Shown here: piece after piece, positions 28,484 through 42,110 of the stretch
Numbering within the stretch: the first letter of the stretch is position 1
Layout: each line of letters starts with the position of its first letter
Position numbers and translations under genes: made by a program
Assembly (NCBI GenBank): GCA_964035545.1
Contig: OZ037766.1
Location: forward strand, 3,224,001 to 3,288,000
DNA from: Bugula neritina
Lineage: Eukaryota; Animalia; Bryozoa
Length of the DNA stretch: 64,000 nucleotides
Direction: 5' to 3'
The notes under the pieces: model-generated
What the model saw: the letters and a program-made list of their open reading frames with translations, nothing else
Databases searched by the model: none
Told to the model about the DNA's origin: nothing

Positions 28484-28991
28484 TCTTACGATTGGGTTTC
28501 TATAAAAACAAAAAAAAACAGGAACAGTAGTTATAACGAGAAAGTTTTTATGGAACAATAAAATGTGAAGTTGCATGAAGTTTTACAATTATTATTGCAA
28601 ATAGTTCTGACTCATATAATATATTGACTATTAAAGTTAAGAACTTGAAAAATCAAATTTTGTTTAAAAGTGCTCATGCAAATAGAGTCTTTTATTGTTT
28701 AAATTTGTTTTTATACCTAACCACTATAATATGTTTTATACGCATTACATATATTTGTCTGCAATATATATACTAAAATAGCTAGAGATTTTGTTATAAC
28801 AGGTTGCCATGATAAATGTTATATAATTATTCAAATTTATATTAATCCATTGCTTTACAAACTCTTCAAGTTAGAATGTATTAAAACCTGCAGTTCGATT
28901 TATACCTATTAAAAGTAAACCAAAAAGCAAACCTAATTCTTACCTTAACAGCAAATGTGTTCAAGTATATGTAGTTTGAGCTCTTCTGAGT

Positions 28992-29073
28992 AACTGACTC
29001 AAACTAACAAGTTCTCTTCTTTTTATACCTTCTGCAAACAAGATTTTTTTTCTCATTATTCTAATGACTTTGC
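28992..29073 (-). promoter_or_regulatory. Core promoter of B3
   Basis: ATGACTTTGC 29064-29073, TATAAAA 29021-29027, TCAGTT 28992-28997. Confidence 0.75.
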
Positions 29074-32000
29074 TTTTTCCATTCCAACATAATAAACATA
29101 AGCTTTGTCCAGTGTAGCTGATTTATGAATAAATGTCAGTTTACATAAATCCTGTAACAAATATCAATCTAATTACATTGTTATAGATCATTTCCTACAT
29201 TTAAAACACCATGGTAACATAGTAAGCATTTGGATTATAGTGAAGTAAGCAAAAAGTGCTAAAGTTTTAAGTATTATTACAACCTGTGTTTGGTCACTTC
29301 AACAGATATTATTTCGATTAATTACCAAAAGTGGAGACATATTTTTGTGAAATTCTCTAATCAGGAACTTACAAATTATAATTAATTGATGGGAAATTAT
29401 GCATCAGGATTGTTCATCAAACGCAGCAAAGACACAGTCACGTATAGTTACTTTATAACTGTTTAGTATAGGAAAGCTGTTGAAAGTTTTTTGACAATAT
29501 TTTTTTCCATAAATTACTTTTATATAGTTAAAATATATTTCGTTATAACTGCAGTACCTTATGCTATATCAACTTTTATTATAACGACATTATTTGTCAC
29601 CTGATTATTTGTTAAACATCAGACAGTTGGTTTTTTATTTGAAAAGTTGCTACAAATATTTACCTTTTTATAAGAGATCAGCAAAACTTTTAGATTATTT
29701 TACCTAATTGAAATTTTGATTATTTCTATATCAGCTAGGATACAAAGTTTTTACAAAAATGTGTCACATTACTAACCCATTACTACCTGTATTTTTTTTT
29801 ACCAATTTTTTAAACTCATTGGTGGACAGAATGACATGAATAAACGATGCATGTGCTAAAAGGGAAACATATAGTTTCACCATCGCCAAAATGCTGATTA
29901 TCAAAATTAAGTATATATATAATGCAGCCTACAAGAACAGAATCTTATACAGTTTTCAATAATAATTGTTATAAGTGTGCAGTGTATTGCAGTAAAATAT
30001 ATACAAATATATTATTATTAAAATTTTATTAACCATTAGGTAGCATATTTTTTCAAATGAGATAAAAATACATTATAACTTGTCAAAGTTCATTAGGCTC
30101 AGCAACATTGCTTAGTGTAAGCTTCATTTCTGAAACCTAGAATAATGGCATACGATATCTTGGTTTTCTTGTCCGTCATCCCTACAACGCAATTTAAACA
30201 TATATGTAGCTATCTGAATAATTGTTATGTGTTAACACATAACAATTATAGGGCTTGTAAACACAACAGATATATCCATATGCCTATGCTATGCGTTTTT
30301 TGGGAGTTATAGTTGCATGTTGCTGTAGCTTCTTAAAGGATTAATTCTTCTGGATCTTTTTGGATATCAACTTAATTATTATTTTTGCTGTTAATCTTTA
30401 AAATGAGAAAAGCAACTCAACAAGTTAATGCTTACGCGTTGCATTTTGGATCATGCAGCAAATGTAACTATAAAACTATGTTGAAAGGAAAAACTAACAT
30501 TTCAGGATTTTTGTCTTTTTCAATTACCAATCTGATACCCTATTTAATAAGCAATGTCTGCCACAAGTTGCTATTTGAAAGACTGGAAGTTTTAGATGGG
30601 AAAATCAAAATAGAAAAGTGGAAGTTAAATTATTATCAAAGACTGGAAATTTTGTAAACATTCTCCTGAACTTATATAATATAGCCACCTCTTGCCATAT
30701 TTCTACTTGACTTATGGGAATTTACAAATAATATATGTATGGTATATAATGTTTCAAAATATCTAATCAATTTTGAAAATATTTAAATGTTAATAGTTTT
30801 GTAGCTTATAAAACTTAATATTCTATTATTACTTCTATGCCAAAAAGCTAAGGAAATTTTTGCTAAAAATTTAATAAAACATATGTACATTTATTAGCAT
30901 GGGCACAATTTTTGATTTCCTTATAGCCAAAATTACTCCACTGAATAATTTTGGCTATTAAAAAATCAATTCTAATTTTTTTATAGAATAGATCAAAATA
31001 AATCTGTAACTGCTATGTGCAAAGAAACCTTAGCAGTTGCTTTCTCTTACTCTATTTTAAGTTTGTAGCATGTTTTTAAGTAATCAGGCGAAGGGTAACA
31101 ATGGTTGCCATGAGCTACTTGCATGATTGTTGCAAAAAATATTATTACAAACCTAGAAAAATCACTAGTACAATGCAATTCATATGATTATTTTCCACCG
31201 ATCAAGTATATTTATAGTATTGGGTAAGTAGTTTTGTATTATATATGTGCAGATAATGTCAGAAACAGTTCTTGTCTTATTGCAACTTTTATAAGTTTCT
31301 TTTAAGACATTCTTATTAGATAAAGTATTGGAATTATAAGGTTAACCCTCATGCAATCACAGAGACAAGTTTCAATCTGTCCGTTATAGAAATTACTCTA
31401 TTCACAGATCAATTAATGACACGTAAGTCTCTAGCTGTAACTATCCAAACAGTAGCACTTACTTTAAATTACTTACTTATTTACTTATTTACTTACTTAA
31501 AATATTACACCTGTTTGCTGTTAGAGTATTAATTACTAATATATGGCTGACTAGTGGCTACTCAACTATATTTGTATACTATAAGTATATTCAGTTAATC
31601 TATTACATGAAACGTAATAATGCAATAAAAGCCAATGCCTACATTAATTCACCTATAGATAGCCTTTGAAAAAGTAATTTGTAGCAAAATCTTTATTTAT
31701 TATTATTATTTAAATTCATCAAACTATGTTGTTATACTGATGTATGTAAATAATTGACTTGCAAATATTAGTTTAATATTGTACACCATGATAATCAAAT
31801 CTATATACATATTCTATTCAATGTAACATCTGCAACCTAATAGGTTTTTTATAGTGAAAACATAATTTCAAGTAGATTTCAAACACATGCTTCATATAGC
31901 AATGTGAAGGTGCCATTTAACTTATATTAGTTTTTATATTACATTTCATTTATATTTTCTGTTCATAAGTTAAAGTATAATTACATGTGCGTGTTTACTA

Positions 32001-32808
32001 ATTATCATAATATATAAAGTAGTATCCAGTATGCAACCTTTTACTTCAGTCACCATCCATTCATCATACCAGATGCTTCTGATCAACTATAATAAAAGAT
32101 GTTGTGCAGCTTTCTCTGCTTTTTAGAATTATTGCACCTTAAACTTAAAAAATTACCATTTGTGATTATATAAATTATTTTATGTAATTCTTTTACAAAC
32201 CAACACTGTATACCACATGGCTGTGTGTGTGTGCGTGTGAGTGTGTGAGTAAGTGTGTGGTATTATATATAGTCCAAGAAGTAGCTATAAATCATTAACA
32301 GACTTTATCTTGCTAAAACTGAGCTAATTTATTATATTCAACAAAACAATGAAATTCAAATTTTAACATCAAAAATTACAACAAAAAGTATAGAAATCAA
32401 AGAGAGAGCAAGGTAGAGGGTAGAGTTACAGTCCAGGGTTCAGTTCCAGAGATCATCTACAACAAAAAGTAGAACGAATGGTAATTTTGTTATTTTATAA
32501 TAAACCATTAATATGTTATTTAGTCACCAAGTAAAGTATATGAACTTATATCAATAGTGGAAATGTATAGTGATTTTGCTATGCAGTTGATATTCTAAAG
32601 TTTGTTCTTGTTTATTTTATTGGACTTACATTGACAATTTCCAGAGAAAATAAAAGCACACAAGTTACTAAAATATTATATAATATTTTTCAAGAGAAGT
32701 TATGCAACCAAAAATCTCACTGAATTAGTTAACCAATAGAAATGTCGCAGCTAGATCATATGTAACGTGTTTCACTCACTCAGAGTCATCCTATCATATA
32801 TGAGTTGC

Positions 32809-33021
32809 TTAATATTTTCCATAGTAAGAAGAGTATTTGGGTCTGTAGTGGCTTCCGTAGTTGTATCTCCTGTTGTAGGGTCTGTAGCTGTTGTAACGCC
32901 TGTTGTAGTTGTTGTATCGCCTGTAGCTAGATGGCCTGTAGCTTCTGTAGCGGTAGTTGTTGTGGTAGGAAGCAGCAATGAGAGCAAGGCAGACAGCCAA
33001 TAGGATTGCAATGACCTTCAT
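32809..33021 (-). CDS. Secreted Tyr/Arg/Asn/Ser-rich cationic peptide, subfamily B (B4), 70 aa
   Basis: Mature peptide identical to B2; V->I in the signal peptide. TATAAAA 33525-33531, Inr 33496-33501, donor 33444-33449, acceptor 33038-33039, 3'UTR donor 32774-32779, acceptor 32457-32458, AATAAA 32328-32333. Confidence 0.94.
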   Translation of the reverse strand: MKVIAILLAVCLALIAASYHNNYRYRSYRPSSYRRYNNYNRRYNSYRPYNRRYNYGSHYRPKYSSYYGKY

Positions 33022-33495
33022 TCTTACAATTGAGTTTCTATAAAAAGCAGAAAAGTTGTCACCAGAATATTGTTTTTATGAAACAATAAAGTGTAAAATT
33101 TTGTTGTATGAAGTTTTACAGTTATTATTGCAAATTGGTGTGATGCACTGTGGCCACTATAATAGGAATCATGAGTTAATGACTGAAATCAAATCTTGTT
33201 TAAATATGCTCATGCAAAGAAAGGTTTATGATGTTTAGTTAATTTTTTCAGACCTAACTATTATATAATGCCCTATATATTTAATGCATTCTTAGTCACT
33301 TACATAATACATATCTATATATACTGAAATAGCTCAGTAAATTCCTATAACAGATTGCCGTCAAGAACATTATTTAAGCTGGATTGTAGTAAAACCTTTT
33401 TATAACCTGATAATTATAAAAAGATAAACACAAAAGCATATTTTCTTACCTTAACAGCAAATGTTTTCAAGTATCTAGTTTGAGCTCTTCTAAGC

Positions 33496-33586
33496 AACTG
33501 ACTCAAACTAACAAATTCTCTCCTTTTTATACCTTCTGGAAATGGGATTTTTTTTCTGGGCTCATTTTGTAATTCTAATGACTTGC
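33496..33586 (-). promoter_or_regulatory. Core promoter of B4
   Basis: ATGACTTGC 33578-33586, TATAAAA 33525-33531, TCAGTT 33496-33501. Confidence 0.75.
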
Positions 33587-35940
33587 TTTTTTATTCCAAC
33601 GCATAATATCCGTAAGCTTTGTTTATTGTAGCTGGTTTAGGAAAAAAAGTCAATTAAGTTATACATAAATCCTGTAACAAATATCAATCTAATTGCATTA
33701 TTATGCGGTTCATTTCCTATATTTACAACACCATATGGTAACACAGTAAACAATTGGATTAGTTATTGAAGTGGGCAAAAAATGCTAGAATTTGGAAAAA
33801 ATATTGTTACAACCTGTGTTTATAGTCACTTCGACAGTTGTTATTTCGATTAATCACTGATATTAGAGATAGGTATTTATAAAATTCTCTAATCAGGAAC
33901 TTACAAATTATAATTAATTGATAAAAAATTGTGCATCAGGATTGTTCATCAAACAGCAAAAACACAGTCACGTATATAGTACTTCATGACTGTTTAGTAT
34001 AGGAAAACTGTTGGAAGTTTTTTGACAGTATTTTTTTTCATAAATTACTTCTATAATATAGTTAAAATATATTTTTTATAGCTGCAGTACCTTATGCTAT
34101 ATCAACTTTTACGACATTATTTGTCACCTGATTTATACCTGATGAACATCAGACAGTTGGCTTTTTCTTTTAAAGTTTGCTTTTGCTTTAAGTTGATCTC
34201 AATCTAGAAAATAGTTATAGGTGTCTATTAAGTTGTAATAAAATTTTTTTTATTTGAATTTATTAGACCAGCTGCTTAGCTAGTTTGATGTTAAAATAAT
34301 TTTATACCCACACATTTAAATTTTACAAATATTTACCTTTTCATAAAAAATCTGTGAAAGTTTAAGATTATTTTACCTAATTGAAGTTTGATTATTTCTA
34401 TATCAGCTATAGGATACAAAGTTTGTACAAAAATGTGTTACATTACTAACCCATTACCAACTGTTTTTTGTTTACCAATTTTTTGACTTTCTTGATGGAC
34501 AGAATGACATGAATAAAACCATGCATGTGCCAAAAGGGAACTAGATAATTTCAACATGGTCAAAATGCTGATTATCAAAATTAAGTGTATAATGCAGCCT
34601 ATAACATGAACAGAATCTACAGTTTTTGAATAATAATTTTTTAAGTGTGCAGTGAAATATATACTAATATATTATTATTAAAATTTTATTAACCATTAGG
34701 TAGAATATTTCTTTTAAATGAGATTAAAATACAATACTTGTAAAAGCTCATTAGGCTCATGACAACATATATTGCTTAGTGTAAGCTTCATTTCTGAAAC
34801 TTAGAATAATTGCATACAATGTCTTCTTTTTCTTGTCCATCGTCTCTACAACACAATTCAAATATATATGTAGCTATCTGAACACGCAGCAATTATAGGG
34901 CTCGTAAACACAGCAGGTATATCCATATGCCTACACTATGCATTTTTGGAAGTTATGACTGCATGTTGATGTAGCTTCCTAAAAGATTAATTCTTCTGGA
35001 TCTTTTTGGATATCAACTTAGTTATTATTTTTGCTGTTGATATTTAAAATGAAAAAAACAACTCAACAAGTTAATGCTTATGCGTTGCATTTTGGATCGT
35101 GCAGCGAATGTAACAATAAGACTATGTTGAAAGGAAAAACTAAGATTTCAGGATTTTGTTTTTAATTACCAATCTAATACCCTATTTAATAAGCAATGTC
35201 TGCCACAAGTTGTCATTTGAAAGACTGGAAGTTTTAGATGGGAAAATCAAAATAGAAAAGTGGAAGATAAAATTATCAAATTGACTGGAAATTTTGTAAA
35301 CATTCTCCTGGACTATATTATATGGCCACCTCTTGCATTTAACTGCCAAATATTTCTAATTGATTCATGAGAGTTTACAAATAACATGTTTATGGCAATG
35401 TTTCAAAATATCTAATTAATTTTAAAAAAAAAATTAATTTTAATGTGTTAATCACTTTTATATATGCCAAAAAGCTAGAGGTTTTTTTTAAAAAATTAAT
35501 TAAACATACATGTACATTCATTAGCAGGCAAAAGTCAAATAATATATAGAATATGTAATAATGATAATACAATGCATCTATTTTTTTCTATGAATTGATG
35601 TTCATCATTTGAACAATGAAAGCTGTTTACAAACATGTGAAAAAAGTTTCAAAATGAACTTTCAATGAACAAAATTTATAAAAAGAACTAATTTCTTTTT
35701 CAAGTTAAAGAAGTTAGGTACTAAATTATAAATAAAAACACAGTACTGGCACCTGTTGTAATAAAAATTTTGAAAAATTAGAAATTTCAGCAAAATGAAT
35801 CATTATCTTTTCTGACACTTTATTTTATAAAAGCACTGTGCTAGATTTATTAGTACGTATACTGCTAAATACAGTATACGTAAATTGGTATATATAGCTG
35901 CTTTTTAAATATTCGATTATTTCAAATGTGAATACTATAT

Positions 35941-36172
35941 ATTGCAATCCTATTATAGCTGTCCACCTTCCACTTGTTTCTGCTACCTACCTACTATACA
36001 ACAACTATCTCTACAGAGATTACGGTAAAACCTTTGTTTTCGTCTAACTACAATTGTACTACAACAGCTACAGCAATCGTCATAATAGTTGCATAGTCCT
36101 AAAAATAAGATCCTATAGATATTGCAAAAGAGGCATTACTCAAATACTCAGTTTATTTTACTGGCAATACTA
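35941..36172 (+). pseudogene. Decayed Tyr-rich peptide gene (A-like 5' half)
   Basis: ATTGCAATCCTATT..GCTGTC..CCTT..CACTTGTTTCTGCTACCTAC matches the signal-peptide sequence. TACAACAACTATCTCTAC...TACGG...TCTAACTACAA..TACTACAAC matches subfamily A. No ATG, several indels. The 3' end is approximate. Confidence 0.75.
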
Positions 36173-38432
36173 TGGAGCACTGCTATAATTTATTAATTGT
36201 TCTGATTATTTAAATTGGAATAATATTGAGCTTGATTTAAAGTATTACATGTTTTTGGCCGTTTTCAGAAAATTTTGTCGTTGTAAGGGTATATTAAAAA
36301 AATTGCTCGTTGTTTTATGTCAAATGCAAAAAGTGCAAACCAATTTAATAGATATGAAATTACTAAAAAAACTAGCAGCATTGTATTCACTTTGCAAAAG
36401 GAATGTTTTGTTACTTATAAATTAGTATATTATAACTTTCATTTTCTTTTTAAATTTATTCACATAATTGGTCAAAAAATTGTAAATCTCATAAGTAGAT
36501 TTTTTGATTTCTTAATGGCCAAAATCATTCCATGGAATGATTTTGGCCATTGAGAAATCAAATCTAAATTTTCTATATAGATCAAAATCTGTAACTATAC
36601 TGTGTGCAAAGAAACCTAGCTTAGCAGTTGCTTTCTCTTACTCTATTCTAAATTTGTAGCATATTTTTAAATAACCAGGCATAATATGACAAAAATGGTT
36701 GCCATGGGATACTTGTTTGATTGTTGCAAACAAATATTTTACAAACCTTGAAAAATCACTACAATGCAATTTATATGATTATTTTCCACAGATCGATACA
36801 TTAGTATTGGGTGAGTACATTTGTATCATATATGTGTAGATAAAATGTCAGAAACAGTTCTTGTCTTATTGCAACTTTTATAAGCCTCTTTTAAGACATT
36901 CCTATTAGATAAAGTAATGGACTTATAAGTTTAACCCTTACTCGATCAAATTGACAGATCTCAATCTGTCTGTAGAAATTAATCTCTTCACAAATCAATT
37001 AACGACACTTGTGTTTTTGTAACTATCCAGACAATAGCGCTTACTTTAAGCTATAACTTACTTATTTATTTACTTATAATTTACTTACTTACATAAAACA
37101 TTGTACCTGTTTGCTATTAGAGTATTACTATGGCTGACTAGTGGCTACTCAACTATTTCTATATACTATAAGCATATCCAGTTAATCTATCACATGAAAC
37201 GGAATAATGCAGTAAGAGCTAATGCCTACGTCATTAATTCATCTATGATAGATAGCCTTTAAAAAAATACTTTGTAGAAAAATTATTATTTCTTATCATT
37301 ATTTAAATTATCAAATTATATTGTTACTGATTTAGGTAAATAACTCTACTTATTGCAAATATAAGTTTAATATTGTGCACCATAATCGAATTCGCATGCA
37401 TATTCCATTCAATGTAACGTCTGCAATCTAATTAGGTTTTTTATAGTGAAATTATTGTATTTCAAGTAGATTTTAAACACATGCCTGATAGCAATGTAAA
37501 GGCGCCAATTAACCTATATTATTTTTCATATTATATTTCATTTATATTTCTTGTTCATAAATTAAAATATAATTGCATGTTTTGTTTACTAATTATCATA
37601 ATATAAAGCAGTATCCAGTATAAAACCTTTTACTTCAGTCACGATTCATTCACCATTCCAGATACTGTTGATGAATTAGAAGTTATTGTGCAGATTTTTT
37701 TGCTTTGTAAAATTATTGTGTCTTAAACTTAAAAATTTACCAATTGTGATTGTAAATTATTATGTAACTCTTTTATGAACCAACTTCGTACCATGTGGCT
37801 GGCTGTGTGTGTTCTGAGTGTGTGTGAGAGAGAGCTGCATGTAATAATTTTATGAAAACAATAAATTAAGAACTAATTAGATGATGCTATTTTACTCAGT
37901 TAAAGGAGTAGCCAAAGCATTAACACGCTTTACTTGCTAATACAGAGCTAATTTATTATTTTCAACAAAACAATGAAATCAAAGTTTAACATCAAAAATT
38001 ACAACAAAAAGTATAGAAATCAAAAAGAGAGCAAGGTGGAGGGTAGAGTTACAGTCCAGGGTTCAGTTCCAGAGGTCATCTACAACAAAGGGTGCAACAC
38101 ATGATAATTTCTTTATTCTAAAAACAATGCATTATGCTATATTACCTGGTAAAATAAATGAACTTTTATCACTATAGTGGAATTGTAATAAATGTGCTAT
38201 GCAGTTTATTATAAAGCTTTCTCTTGTTCTTGCTATTAGATCTATATTGGAAATTTTCAGAAAAAATTGAAAGCACAGCAGTTTCTAAACAATTGAGCAA
38301 AAAATTGTATAACATTATTTAGCAGAAATTATGCAACCAAAATCTCACTGAATAAGTTAGCCAATAGAAATGTCACAAGATCATATGTAACTGTTTCACT
38401 CACTCGGAGTCATCCTATCATATATGAGTTGC

Positions 38433-38645
38433 TTAATATTTTCCGTAGTAAGAAGAGTATTTGGGTCTGTAGTGGCTTCCGTAGTTGTATCTCCTGTTGT
38501 AGGGTCTGTAACTGTTGTAACGCCTGTTGTAGTTGTTGTATCGCCTGTAGCTAGATGGCCTGTAGCTTCTGTAGCGGTAGTTGTTGTGGTAGGAAGCAGC
38601 AACAAGGGCAAGGCAGACAGCCAATAGGATTGCAATGACCTTCAT
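38433..38645 (-). CDS. Secreted Tyr/Arg/Asn/Ser-rich cationic peptide, subfamily B (B5), 70 aa
   Basis: Protein identical to B2. TATAAAA 39169-39175, Inr 39140-39145, donor GTAAGC 39086-39091, acceptor 38662-38663, 3'UTR donor 38398-38403, acceptor 38080-38081, AATAAA 37952-37957. Confidence 0.94.
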   Translation of the reverse strand: MKVIAILLAVCLALVAASYHNNYRYRSYRPSSYRRYNNYNRRYNSYRPYNRRYNYGSHYRPKYSSYYGKY

Positions 38646-39139
38646 TCTTACAATTGAGTTTCTACAAAAAGCAGAAAAAATTATTATACCAGAACGTTTT
38701 TTATGAAACAATAAAGTGTACAATTTTGTTGCATGACGTTAATTACAATTATTATTGCAAATCGAGTTGACTCACTGTGACCACCAAAATAGGAATCATG
38801 TGATAATGACTAAACTCAAATCTTGTTTAAAAATGCTCATGCAAAGAAAGGTTCATGATGTTTAGGTTATTTTTTTTATAGACTTAACTACTATAATATG
38901 CCCTATATATCTAATACATTTTTATTGTCACTTACATAATATATATCTATATACTATATATACTGAAATAGCTCAGCAAATCTCTATAGCAGATTGCCAT
39001 CAGGAACATTATTTAAGCTAGATTGGAGTAAAACGTTTTTATAACCTTATAATTATAGAAAGATGAACATGAAAGCATAATATTTGCTTACCTTAACAGC
39101 AAATGTGTCCGAGTATGTAGTTTGAGCTCTTCTTTAAGC

Positions 39140-39234
39140 AACTGACTCAACCTGACACATTCCTTCCTTTTTATACCTTCTGCATGGAAATGGGATTTTT
39201 TTCTGGGCTTGTTTCGTAATTCTAATGACTTTGT
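39140..39234 (-). promoter_or_regulatory. Core promoter of B5
   Basis: ATGACTTTGT 39225-39234, TATAAAA 39169-39175, TCAGTT 39140-39145. Confidence 0.75.
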
Positions 39235-41954
39235 TTTTTTCATTCCAACATAATATCTGTGAGGTTTGTTTATCGTAGCTGGGTTATGAAAAAATGTCAA
39301 GTTACACATAAATTCTGTAATAAATATCAATATAATTACATAATTATGGCTCATTTCCTATATTTACAACACCATTTGGCAACACAGTGAACAATTTGAT
39401 TAGTTAATGAAGTGAGCAAAAAATGCTAAAATTTTCACTATTGTTACAACCTGTGATTGGTCACTTCAACAGATATTATTTCGATTAATTACCAAAGGTG
39501 GAGACACATTTTTATGAAATTATCTAATCAGGAACTTACAAATTATAATTAATTGATAAGAAAATTATGCGTTATTATAATTGTTCATCAGACAAGCAAG
39601 AATACAGTCACGTAGCTATAATAACTCATTGACTGTTTATAGTTGAAAAGCTCTTGAAAGTTTTTTTCAACAATATTTTCCTCCAGTTGAAATTTTGGTC
39701 ATCGAAACTAAGCTATACGCTGTATGATATATGCATATATCAACTTTTAAATTGAAACACCACAATTATGTCAATTATAATAGGCAAACATGCAAACATG
39801 TGGTTTTTTTTCGTTAGGCTTAAGTCATCGCAATATTAATGCCTTTATATAGAACTAATATGAAAGTAGCTATAATATACTGTTCATCAAGTTATAAAGA
39901 AATTTTGTTCATTTATCACACCATGCAGCTGTCTAGTTTCACACTAGAGTAACATTAAACTCACACTTTTAAATTTCACAAAATATGTAGTTTTTTACAT
40001 AAAATTTAGATGTGCTATCAATTGATAAATTACTTTCTACCTGATGGAAATTTTAATAATTTTTTCATTGGGATACAAATTTGTAAAAAAGATGTATGAT
40101 ATTACTAACTTATCACTGTTAGTTTGTTGAAGAATATATTTTACAAATAGTTGAATTTAAAGCAATTGTACAAATTAAAGCGTTTCTATGTATAGTTAGT
40201 TTAATATGCAGTTTATACAATATATATATGACGTACGTGGGATAATAACTACGAAGTGTGCTATGTCTTCTAATACCGCAACCAACTATATTTATCAACT
40301 GATGGTATATCAGTATATAAGCAAAACAGTTTTTGTTGCTATGTATATAACTCTTATGCAAACTACTTGGCTTTCTATGTAATTTATATAAACAGTACAA
40401 ACCTTGAAATTATTTGCTTATATGCATGATAGGAGTTGAATTTGTAAAAGTCATTCTTTTTACTGGTTATATAGTTCTTTTACAGCTGCTAAAATGTACT
40501 AGCTACTGCAATTGCAATTCTTAACATACTCCGTTTTATTTTACTTTTTACTTGCATATTATTTTTATTATACAGAGCATAATTTAACCTTTCATATGGC
40601 AATTTTTTTGTGCAAATTGAAAGGTGTTATATAATTCTGCAATGTCCGATCCATGTTTAAATCAAAATGAATTATCATCAGTTGTAATGTGGATATTTAC
40701 AGAGCTGCAGCTGTGCCGTCTATGAGGAAGTGAAATGATCACTTTTAATCCTATGAGCCAAATCCTTTGTAGAATTTCAATTATGTATAGTATAGCCTTT
40801 ATTTTCTCGTTTGTTGTGCCTAGAATACAACGTTAATTATAGCTAGCTATATACAGCTACCTGCAGGTCATGTAAAGTTTATTATATAGTGCTCGTAAAC
40901 ACAATAAAACTCCATGCCTAAAGTATGAAGCAAAAGTTAAAATATGATCAATCAGTGCAGCCAATGCTCCTGAGTTTTGGTAGTTTTAAGCAGTTATTCT
41001 GCGGCTTACCTATAGAAAGTGAGAAGAGTAATTCAACAGGTTTTGCATTCATATATATATAGCATATTTTGCATCAAGAACTTTAACAAACCTATTCAAT
41101 TATAAAGCTATTTTTGTTAGGAGCAAAGATATTTGGAAAGCAGAAAACTGAGATTTTAGTGTTATTTTTCGATCTTTAATTAACAGTCAGTAGTAGTGGA
41201 ATATTTGTCAGATAATGTCTGCCGTATATAAGCTGTTATTTTAGAGATGGGAAGTCTTGGATGAAAAAATTAAACTAGACAAAAATGGAAGAACAATTCA
41301 GGTTCAATAATGACTGGAAGCTTTTTAGACCAACAAAAACCAACTCCTGAATTATTTTATAACTTCTTTTTGCATTTAGCTGCCAATACTTAATAATTTA
41401 TGACAGCTTACAAAAAATGTTGTTGCAGCTAATTAACAAAATTTTAATCAATTTTTTAAAAGAAATTAAAAAAATTTAATCAATTTTTTAAAAGGATTTA
41501 AAAAATTTTAAAATTTCATCAATCATCAATCAGTTATATCTGCCAAATAAAACAATAAGTTTTTTCATAAAAACTTTAATTGGTGTAAATTCATAAACAA
41601 AGCACAGATCAAATTATAAAATACAAAAGATAATACAATGCATCACATTTTCCTTTCAAAACTGAATATTTTTCATTTGAACCAAGATAACGGTTTAAAA
41701 ATATGTTAAAAAAGTTTCAAAATAGTTTTTAAATAAACCAGAATTGAATATATGTACAACTTGCAATAAAATAAAAGTCTGTTTTTAAAGTTGAAGTAAG
41801 TAGGTAACAAGTTTGAAATTATAGCAGAGGACTGAGAATCTTTTAAATAAACTTTTTTGTAAAAGATATAAAATTTCGCCAAATGAAGTATCTCGTATAA
41901 AAGCATGATGTTTAAACAGTGTTGCTGCTTTATAAAAACTCAATCATTTCACAC

Positions 41955-42110
41955 ATTAAGGTCATTGCAATCCTATTGGCTATTTGTGCTGCCTTGCCTT
42001 TGCTTCCTACCACAACAACCAGATTGCTACGAAAGCTACAGACCATCTATAGTTACGCATGCAGGTGCTACGGCTGCAATTAGTGGATGCTGCAATAGTC
42101 ACAGATTTTA
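41955..42110 (+). pseudogene. Decayed Tyr-rich peptide gene (B-like)
   Basis: ATT(for ATG)AAGGTCATTGCAATCCTATTGGCT...GCCTTGCC..TGCTTCCTACCACAACAAC...AGCTACAGACCATCTA matches subfamily B. The start codon and the upstream acceptor (TATAA for TATAG, about 41931-41935) are mutated, and the frame is shifted. Confidence 0.8.
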
